Below the pieces are notes generated by a model. It saw only the letters and a program-made list of their open reading frames with translations. It was not told where the DNA came from and did not search any database. This document shows positions 24,037 through 31,639 of a stretch of DNA of 32,000 nucleotides, piece by piece. The position numbers and the translations under genes were made by a program. This DNA comes from Methanocaldococcus jannaschii DSM 2661 (lineage in GTDB: Archaea > AGJL01 > Methanococci > Methanococcales > Methanocaldococcaceae): the NCBI RefSeq assembly GCF_000091665.1, contig NC_001732.1:6486-38485 (forward strand), in the 5' to 3' direction. How positions within the stretch are numbered: the first letter of the stretch is position 1; the number at the start of each line of letters is the position of its first letter.

Positions 24037-24062
24037 GTGAATTGACTTTGAAGTCAATTCAC
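24037..24062. repeat. Palindrome family copy P4 (TG centre, full 12+12)
   Basis: gtgaattgactt-tg-aagtcaattcac, 20 nt downstream of the stop of the 162-aa gene. Confidence 0.95.
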
Positions 24063-24082
24063 AGTTATAGATAAATAATGAC

Positions 24083-24571
24083 CTAAAGCTTCTCCAAATC
24101 CAATGGAACATATTTTACAATATAAGCCTTATTTACAATAACAACATCTCCCTTTCCAACATCAACCAAGACAGTATAAGGGTCCTTACAACAGCATTTG
24201 CCCTCCAACACTTCACCATTAGCCAAATGCAACCTAACCTTATGATTATGGCAAAAGAATAAAACATAATCTTTTCTCTCTTGAGTACTAACACACGTTT
24301 CCCTAACCCTCTTTGGCTGCTTTTTACCTTTGCCCTGTTTTTTCTGGCCAGTTTGTTTTTTACCATTATTTTTAGATTTTTGACTTTCCAACTTTTTAAG
24401 CTCTTTTTCAATCTCTTCTAAATGCTTACTTTTAACGTGTTTCCTAACAACCTTAGCATCAGCATTAGTATAATCACAAAAAGGACATTTATAAAAACCA
24501 ATATCATTCTTTTGAAGCTCTAACTTCTCAACATACTCATCAACATTCACAATCTCACCTAGAATATCCAA
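24083..24571 (-). CDS. C2H2 zinc finger, basic linker and Hfq/Sm-like domain protein
   Basis: YKCPFCDYTNADAKVVRKHVKSKH is C-X2-C-X12-H-X4-H. The linker is K/G/Q-rich (KSKNNGKKQTGQKKQGKGKKQPKR). VRLHLANGEVLEGKCCCKDPYTVLVDVGKGDVVIVNKAYIVKYVP parallels the Hfq Sm1/Sm2 pattern (V.L.L.NG..L.G.....D.F.VLL......V.YKHAIS..VP). The start is uncertain: TTG 24571 or GTG 24550. Confidence 0.6.
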   Translation of the reverse strand: MDILGEIVNVDEYVEKLELQKNDIGFYKCPFCDYTNADAKVVRKHVKSKHLEEIEKELKKLESQKSKNNGKKQTGQKKQGKGKKQPKRVRETCVSTQERKDYVLFFCHNHKVRLHLANGEVLEGKCCCKDPYTVLVDVGKGDVVIVNKAYIVKYVPLDLEKL

Positions 24572-25045
24572 AATTTGAAAAATAGCAAAATGTCAAATGC
24601 AATGTATTCCCCCATACTATCAATATGTAAAGTAATCCATATTTAAAACTATCCTAAGCCTAGTAACAAACACAAAGAATGCAAATAAAAAGAAAAGATG
24701 AAAAATGTGACATTTAGCACATTAAATGCCATTGTTATAAAATAAACAAAGACAAAACTTTCCTCCCTAGCAATTTTGAGTTAAGAGAGACAACCAACCT
24801 GCAGCAATTTTTGAGAATTTTAGTAAAGGGAATTATCCCTTACATAATACACGCAAAAAGTGCAATCTTGTTGCGGAAATTCATTCTTACTTTTAAATTT
24901 ATTATCTATTTGTTTGCATAAGATTTAAATGTATTGTTATATCTATTAATTTTTGCTAATGTTTATTAATAAAATATTTAAATATATTGATTAATATTAT
25001 AAAACTCTTAAAATTCATCATCACTTTTTTGTATTGTTGTTTTAA

Positions 25046-28000
25046 TTAGGTAATCCGCAGCAATCCAGGTTTTGGCTCGTATATTACCCCCAACTTTTTC
25101 AACTTTTCTAATGCTTTATAGAATACTTCTTCAACAAACTTCAATTTTTCAACAATTAGTTCATATAATTCCATTTCTAATATTTCCCCTCCATTTTCTT
25201 CAATTTTCTTTTCAATAACTTTTTCACACTTTTCAACACTGTTAGAGTTAATATTTTGTTTTATAATCTCATATAGCGTTTTAAACTCTTTGTTAAGTTC
25301 TTTTATTTCAACTACTGCATTTTCCCCCAGTTTTTTTACTCCTCTAATTACACAATTAAATATTGCTCTTATCAATCTTCTAACTTCATCCAAGGTTAGA
25401 GTGAATCCACATTCTTCTTTTATAACCTCTATTAATTCTCTAATTTTGAATTTTTGTCTTTCAATGGCAAAATCTCTAACTTTTATTAACACTTTTGCAA
25501 CTAATGACCTTAACCCTAACTTTCTCCTATCTAATCTCTCATCATCTTCTCCTACTACAATATTCCATACTGCTCTTATAATCCTTTGAATCTTACCCCA
25601 TTTTGATGGAGGGCATAAGAATGTTTTTAGAATTAGCTCTTCTATAATTCTTGCCAATGTTGAGAGTTTATCCTTATGTTCCTCTAACAATTTCAAATCA
25701 ATATGGTAAATTTTCTTTGTTTTTCTATCTTCATTTTCATTAATTTCTTTAACAATTTTCTTATACTCGTTAATTTCTTCTAAGCATTTTTTAATAGTAT
25801 TTTCATCTAAGTTCGATTTTTTATCATCATCTTTTCCTTTATTCAACATTAGGTTATACACTTCTATAACTTCTGGAATATTATAAACATCTTTTAACAC
25901 GTTTATACTCCTGTTAATCCTTTTTGAGTGTTTTTTTATTAATTGTGGAGTGTATTCATCCCTACAATCTTTAAATTTCTTATAATTATTATATTCCAAG
26001 GCATTTTTGATTTCATTCACTCCATATTCTTTAAATGCAATAATTATATGTTTTGCACTAACTTTTTCAAGATATTCGAGATAATTATATTTTAAGAACT
26101 TATCCAGCTTACTTTCTTTTAACTCTTTTATTGTTTTAATTGCAAACTCATAGCCAGTAGTTTTTTCTAAATACTCTTTTAGTAATTTATAATCTCTTGT
26201 AATATGGGCCTCTAATAGACTATTATAAATGTGTGCTATTTCATCTTCATCTAAAACCCAATCCTTCTTTTCCTCATCATAATATATTGCATTTTGAATT
26301 TGAGAAATCAACACTTTCTTATAATTTTTATCCAATTCTTTTAAAACTTCAATATCCGTTTCTAAATACTCTTTTAATAGTTTATAATTTTCCTTAAACA
26401 TTTCAATCATTGCATTATAATCAATAATCATTGGCTCTTCTTCTCTTTCTTTAAAAGGTGCTGTGACAATTAACTCTCCCCCACCATTCCTACATCTGGC
26501 AATAAACTGTCTAATGGTGGTAGCACTCTTACAATACAATGCCCATACCAAATCAACATGATTTTTAATATTAACTCCCTCAGAAATGACTCTTGTGGCT
26601 AAAATTAACCCCTCTTCTGGTACTTTTTCTTCATTAATAATCATTTTACTTGCCTTGTCAATTCCAACAGTCTCTCTTGTTATAACGTAAATTGGCTTGT
26701 TAAAACCATACAATTCTAAAGTATATTTTATATTCTCAATCATTTTCTTATTATCAACTAAAACTACAGCATTTTTTATCCATCCCTGTCTAAACATTAG
26801 TAGGATGTATTCACAAAACTCTCCAATAATATTTTTTGCAATATGGATAGAACATCTTTCAAATAATTTTTTCTCATCTTTAAATTCCACTTCTATAACT
26901 GGATAGTTATTCAAATTAATTAACTCTGGAGTTGCAGTTAGTAAGACACAACCTCCAGCCCTGTCTATACACTTTTTTACCCCTGTTATTGCCCTTTTTC
27001 TAAACTCTTTTTGGATTACTAAATCATGTGCTTCATCTATTGCCAATAGAATATCCTCTTCATTAGCAACTTGAATTTTCTCCCCTTTATAAGTGTCATA
27101 ACATAAATCATTAAGCATATTTTCAACTTGGTCGTAGGTCCCAATGGTCAAATAATGAATAGTATTCTTATCCAATTTTTTCCCATCTTCATAATACATT
27201 GGAACTACTACTCCATCAGCGTGTAATCCTGCCCCTACTTGTAAAACTTGTATTTTATATGGGAATGCCACTGCTATAGCATGTTTTTTAAATACCTCTT
27301 TAATTTCTCTTGTATTTCTTGTTAGAGTATAAGTTTTCCCCCTTCCAGTGTCTGCTTTAAGAAATACTGGAACTCCTTGTTCAATAGATAATTGGTATGC
27401 TTTTATTATAGCCTCTTTTGGTAAGTATCCTTCTGCTTCTATCTTTATTGTTTCTCTATCGAGTAGTTCATTCATTATCTCTCTAACAGTCCTATAAGTG
27501 GATGGCTTTGGATTAATATTGTGTAATTTTAAAAATTCTATTATTTTATCCCTAAATTCTTTAATCATCCATAATCCTGCTAATGCAATAAATCTCATAT
27601 TTGGATCGTGGAAATCTACCATTACTGCATTATATCCCTCATTAATGTAAATAGAACAGTCAGGATTTTTCCCATCATCAAAGAATAAACTCCATAAGTC
27701 TAATCTGGTTCCATTTTTACCATATTTATAATCAATTCCCAAGTAGGAGAGGAGTTTTTCAATCCATCTTTTACCCAATTTTTTAGTTAATTTATCTTGT
27801 ATAGTATATAACCATTTGTAAATTCTTTTATTTATATCTTGCAATATAGTTTTATTAAGATTTGGTTTTTTTATTAATCTATTAATTGTTGTGGTAATGT
27901 TGTTTAATCCTCGCTTATTGTATAATTCTTCTCTTTTTTCATTGAATAATACTTCAAATTCTTTATAATTTTCAATAATTCCAAACTTCTCATACAATAT

Positions 28001-28864
28001 TATTGGAGTTAACAATTTTTCAATATCTTCTTCATCTGTCAACTGGGCTATTGTAACACATGGTCTTGGACTACCATATTTTTCCTTATAATTGTAAGTT
28101 CCTACCAGCCTATCAACTCTTGCCAAATCATACATTGCAATATCTGCCCCTAAATCTTCAGCAATCATTCTTAGTAGTATTAATTCTTCTTCTAAAATAG
28201 GTCTTTCAGGATATAATATGAATCTTAATCCTCCCCCAGTAAATGCCACTTTATGTGGAAGTATATCCTTCTCTACGAATTTTGATAAATATTTAATCAA
28301 TTTTTCCATAATTTCTTCTTCTGTAGGCATTTTGTTTGTCTTCCACTCTTCAACGTCAAAATCAAATGCAATATAACTCCAAGCAGTGGCAGCTCCCGCA
28401 TCCCCTCTTTTTTCCTTTCTTGGGGCAATTCCGACATAAACCCCATCTAATCTTCTTTTCTTTTGTTTTTTAATATACTCATACTGTTTTTTTATTAATT
28501 TTATGATTTCTTCAGTTTTTTCTAAAATATTATCAACGTGTAAATCTGAAATATCTATGAAAAATTGTTTTTTACCCTTAAATTTTCCTAAAAATCTAAT
28601 TTCTAAATACTTAAACTGTTTTACTAATTTTTTCAAAATTTTTTCTAAATGAGTTTCTCCAAGATATACTGAAAATTCTTCTTTATGTTTGACAATCAAA
28701 AATAGCAACTGTGCAATGTGTAATTTTAAATCAGATTCTAAAATATCATCTGAGATATTGTAAATTCCACTAACATTTATTTGATACTTATCAAAAATAG
28801 CTTTTACAGTTTGATCATCCCAATACCGCAAACTTTTTATACTATTAGATAGTATATTATTCAT
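25046..28864 (-). CDS. Archaeo-eukaryotic primase (AEP) domain, SF2 DEAH helicase and C-terminal winged helix; candidate plasmid replicase
   Basis: GGTGA lies 8 nt before the ATG. The AEP motifs are SYIAFDFDVEEW, AFTGGGLRF and DLARVDRLVGTYNYK (about nt 28055-28447). The helicase motifs are FLKADTGRGKTY, LLAIDEAHDL, LLTATP, VISEGVNI and QFIARCRNGG (about nt 26465-27397). The C-terminus is ALEKLKKLGVIYEPKPGLLRIT. Confidence 0.7.
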   Translation of the reverse strand: MNNILSNSIKSLRYWDDQTVKAIFDKYQINVSGIYNISDDILESDLKLHIAQLLFLIVKHKEEFSVYLGETHLEKILKKLVKQFKYLEIRFLGKFKGKKQFFIDISDLHVDNILEKTEEIIKLIKKQYEYIKKQKKRRLDGVYVGIAPRKEKRGDAGAATAWSYIAFDFDVEEWKTNKMPTEEEIMEKLIKYLSKFVEKDILPHKVAFTGGGLRFILYPERPILEEELILLRMIAEDLGADIAMYDLARVDRLVGTYNYKEKYGSPRPCVTIAQLTDEEDIEKLLTPIILYEKFGIIENYKEFEVLFNEKREELYNKRGLNNITTTINRLIKKPNLNKTILQDINKRIYKWLYTIQDKLTKKLGKRWIEKLLSYLGIDYKYGKNGTRLDLWSLFFDDGKNPDCSIYINEGYNAVMVDFHDPNMRFIALAGLWMIKEFRDKIIEFLKLHNINPKPSTYRTVREIMNELLDRETIKIEAEGYLPKEAIIKAYQLSIEQGVPVFLKADTGRGKTYTLTRNTREIKEVFKKHAIAVAFPYKIQVLQVGAGLHADGVVVPMYYEDGKKLDKNTIHYLTIGTYDQVENMLNDLCYDTYKGEKIQVANEEDILLAIDEAHDLVIQKEFRKRAITGVKKCIDRAGGCVLLTATPELINLNNYPVIEVEFKDEKKLFERCSIHIAKNIIGEFCEYILLMFRQGWIKNAVVLVDNKKMIENIKYTLELYGFNKPIYVITRETVGIDKASKMIINEEKVPEEGLILATRVISEGVNIKNHVDLVWALYCKSATTIRQFIARCRNGGGELIVTAPFKEREEEPMIIDYNAMIEMFKENYKLLKEYLETDIEVLKELDKNYKKVLISQIQNAIYYDEEKKDWVLDEDEIAHIYNSLLEAHITRDYKLLKEYLEKTTGYEFAIKTIKELKESKLDKFLKYNYLEYLEKVSAKHIIIAFKEYGVNEIKNALEYNNYKKFKDCRDEYTPQLIKKHSKRINRSINVLKDVYNIPEVIEVYNLMLNKGKDDDKKSNLDENTIKKCLEEINEYKKIVKEINENEDRKTKKIYHIDLKLLEEHKDKLSTLARIIEELILKTFLCPPSKWGKIQRIIRAVWNIVVGEDDERLDRRKLGLRSLVAKVLIKVRDFAIERQKFKIRELIEVIKEECGFTLTLDEVRRLIRAIFNCVIRGVKKLGENAVVEIKELNKEFKTLYEIIKQNINSNSVEKCEKVIEKKIEENGGEILEMELYELIVEKLKFVEEVFYKALEKLKKLGVIYEPKPGLLRIT

Positions 28865-29077
28865 TGGTCACTCACCTTACTGTGGGTAGTATATATTCAT
28901 TGGTCACATCTCTTGGTCATACACCTCGACCATGCCTACACTAAATACTCCCTAATGTTGCAATACCTTAACATATAATGCAATACAATACTGAGCTCTT
29001 TTGATACAATCTATGTAATTTAAAGAGTATAAGAAACATTTTCAGGGGGCGACCATTTCTATATTATTTTTTGAAGT

Positions 29078-29246
29078 ATATAAACTTTTAGTTATTTTTT
29101 GAATTTGTATATTTGGATTTATATCATATAACTTTTTCTGAAAATTTTTCCTGACATATCTATTAGGTAGTTAGTATATATATATTTTTCGGATTTTTGC
29201 ATGTTTTTACACTTTATCTTCTAATTTTATAACTAAAAGTTTATAT
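29078..29246. repeat. 18-bp perfect inverted repeat pair (29078-29095 and 29229-29246) in the AT-rich gap next to the replicase gene
   Basis: ATATAAACTTTTAGTTAT and ATAACTAAAAGTTTATAT are exact reverse complements, separated by 133 nt. Confidence 0.9.
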
Positions 29247-29624
29247 TTTTCAAATAAAAAGGTTTATATACTATGAAATCATAGTATTGCTTGATTACAA
29301 AATTATTTTTTTGATAATAATGCCTATTTTTTCTTAATTCGTTGTGTGGTTGATAAAATTGTTAGCAGCATTTATGTTTTATATTTTAAAAAGAAAAGCA
29401 TTAAATCTACATTTATTGTTATTATCTTATTTTTTGTGTCTTTTTTATCTTCTGTAAACTCTTATAAATCTCTTATATAGTATTATAATTATTCTATAAA
29501 AATATGTGGATTAAGTTGGGTAAGAAAAATGTGCGAAATAGGGGCTAAAATAATATTAAAACATTAATGTCTTTTGTCTAGTGTTACATTTTTAGTTACG
29601 TCTTTAACCACTTTTATTAGTACA

Positions 29625-29650
29625 GTGAATTGGCGTTGAATTCAATTTAC
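29625..29650. repeat. Palindrome family copy P5 (degenerate)
   Basis: gtgaattggcgttgaattcaatttac, in the same position relative to the histone gene as P1 and P2. Confidence 0.6.
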
Positions 29651-29731
29651 AAAAGAGACATTCTATATATATAATTTACTTATAATTATATTCAAAAATA
29701 GTGTTATAATAAACAAATGGATAAAATGGGC

Positions 29732-29935
29732 TTATTTCTTTAAAGCTAATTTTATATCTTCAACTTTTACTGTTTTTCTCTTTGCGTGCTTAGCTAAATC
29801 AACTGCTTCCTTAGCAATTTCTAATGCAATTTCTTCAAATGCCTCTGCTAAGTATTCTGCTGCAGCCCTACTAACTCTTTCAGCTCCAACTTTTTTCAAG
29901 ATTCTCTCAAATGGTGCAACTGGAAGCTCAGTCAC
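29732..29935 (-). CDS. Archaeal histone (HMf family)
   Basis: [67 protein letters not shown] is a 67-aa single histone fold. GTG start after GAGGTAG. Confidence 0.92.
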
Positions 29936-30199
29936 AACACTACCTCTTTGTATATGTAGAGTGTAGAAGCTCTAATAACCTACAAAGTGGGAGTTCAAAT
30001 TTGCTAAACTTTAAGCTCCCTTAATGGAAACTCGAAACTAAAATAAGTAAAACCATAATACAATAATACAATCATTCAATAATATCATAAAATCATAATT
30101 TAGTAATGCAATAATCCAATAACTCCACAATAACATAATAAAATAACTTTGAGTTTCCACTAAAAGAAATTCAAAGGTGGGGTTAATAAATTTCTTATA

Positions 30200-30223
30200 T
30201 GAATTGACTTCAAAGTCAATTCA
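30200..30223. repeat. Palindrome family copy P6 (CA centre)
   Basis: tgaattgactt-ca-aagtcaattca followed by caaaaaaga, as in P1. Confidence 0.95.
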
Positions 30224-30550
30224 CAAAAAAGAAATGTCACCCATCACATCATAAACACATCCACCGACATACTAATCAAAATTTAATTATTGAATTATTA
30301 AATTAAACAATAACATAATAACATAATTATTACATTATGTTATTATTTAAAATAACCATAAAACTCCAGATAGTATTATTGGGTCCTCGTAAAAATATAG
30401 TCGTTCAATTGAACCATAATATTGCTAATATTGGTCATTCTACTGAACCAATATATAAATGTTTTTTATCATTAGTTAGGGTTCAAATTGGCAACTTCAC
30501 CTTATTTATATAGTATTTCATGAAAATGTAGTAATTTTCAAACTACTATT

Positions 30551-30574
30551 TGAATTAACTTTAAAATCAGTTAA
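30551..30574. repeat. Palindrome family copy P8 (degenerate), at the breakpoint of the ATPase relic
   Basis: tgaattaactttaaaatcagttaa has 4 differences from the consensus. Confidence 0.45.
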
Positions 30575-30661
30575 AAGAAATATTTTATTCTTAATCCTAT
30601 TGAGGGAACTTTAAAACCACAAAGTTATTTGGTTTGGAATGCAATAAAAAGAGTACTGTAA
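30575..30661 (+). pseudogene. Relic of the last ~28 codons of an 'archaeal ATPase' paralogue
   Basis: Reads [27 protein letters not shown], nearly identical to the end of 8962..10059 ([27 protein letters not shown]). No upstream part is present. Confidence 0.75.
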
Positions 30662-30662
30662 A

Positions 30663-31124
30663 TTATTCTTTAATTATCTCAATAAAATCTACTTTTTCAA
30701 AGTCAGAATCAAAGGTAGCTAATTTATTTATCCTATAATATTTACAAGTGGCTATTATGATTGCATCGTTTGTTAAAAGGTTGTATTTTTTACCTATTTC
30801 AGGAGCTAATTTTAAAACTTCCCAATTTGTATCTAATATTTTTAAGTAGTTCATTTTAATCATTTTATCAATTTTTTCTCTAACTTCTTCATATACCCAA
30901 GAATATCTATTTAAATTCTTTTTTAAATCATAAACTCCTCTAATTCCATCTTCTAATGCTATATGAAATGTCACTTTAAACATTGTTTCAGAAAAGACTA
31001 TTGGATTTATGCATAACATAAAACCATCATTTATTAGTTTAGATAATAATTTATGAGCTTTTTCATCTCCAATAAATAATCCAACCATGACTGAAGAATC
31101 AATAAAAACATTAGAAGGACTCAT
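30663..31124 (-). CDS. vapC: PIN-domain ribonuclease toxin VapC
   Basis: The acidic PIN residues sit in VFIDSSV, FSETM, LLTNDAIIIA and ATFDSDF. The gene overlaps the upstream small gene by 14 nt. Confidence 0.85.
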   Translation of the reverse strand: MSPSNVFIDSSVMVGLFIGDEKAHKLLSKLINDGFMLCINPIVFSETMFKVTFHIALEDGIRGVYDLKKNLNRYSWVYEEVREKIDKMIKMNYLKILDTNWEVLKLAPEIGKKYNLLTNDAIIIATCKYYRINKLATFDSDFEKVDFIEIIKE

Positions 31125-31308
31125 AATATGCCTCTTTTAATTTTTTATAATCGATATCTTTACACTTTTTTATTATCATAGATTTTAAAAACTCTTCTAC
31201 ATCATCATTAACAATTTTAATTTTTAATCTCTTTTTACCCTTTATTTTTAATGGTTTTAATGGTTTTAAAACTCCATCTTCGTAAATAACTTCAATAATT
31301 TCTGACAT
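31111..31308 (-). CDS. vapB: VapB-type antitoxin (AF2212/DUF104-like)
   Basis: MSEIIEVIYEDGVLKPLKPLKIKGKKRLKIKI matches the IEAIYENGVLKPLEPL pattern. GGTGAT lies 4 nt before ATG 31308; the track's GTG 31317 lies inside the RBS. Confidence 0.75.
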   Translation of the reverse strand: MSEIIEVIYEDGVLKPLKPLKIKGKKRLKIKIVNDDVEEFLKSMIIKKCKDIDYKKLKEAYYESF

Positions 31309-31540
31309 ATAAATCACCAGAGGCCTTTATTTTTCTATTTTTCTAAGGTAATATTTAAACCTTCTTTCGAAGTGTATATTATTGTTTTTTGAGAATTGAG
31401 AAAAGTTTAATTTGACAGTTTCTTAAATGATAGACAGAGAGTATATGATAATTATATATTTAACTTTTTATTATTTTATACTCTTCGTTTATACTCCCTT
31501 ATCTTGGTTTCTGAACGTGCAGCATTTTTAGGCTGCCACC

Positions 31541-31564
31541 TGAATTGACTTTAAAGTCAATGCA
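31541..31564. repeat. Palindrome family copy P7 (TA centre, one arm mismatch)
   Basis: tgaattgactt-ta-aagtcaatgca. Confidence 0.85.
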
Positions 31565-31639
31565 CTCTCTTTCTAACGATGAATATATAACATATAAACA
31601 GAGAAATAATACTACTAAAACATCTATATTTAAAGGTGG

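Noticed and set aside
24133-24411. 92-aa alternative-frame ORF on the same strand inside the zinc-finger/Hfq-like gene
   Set aside because: It is nested in another frame of a gene whose main frame carries two recognisable domains. Its basic low-complexity text derives from the lysine-rich linker.
25290-26906. Antisense ORFs 25290..25589 and 26697..26906
   Set aside because: They lie inside the 1272-aa primase-helicase gene on the opposite strand, with no RBS or motifs.
3675-31564. The palindrome family as a CRISPR array or as MITEs
   Set aside because: Copies are kilobases apart rather than separated by 30-40-nt spacers. They are too short (24-26 nt) and lack the flanking terminal-repeat/target-duplication structure of MITEs.
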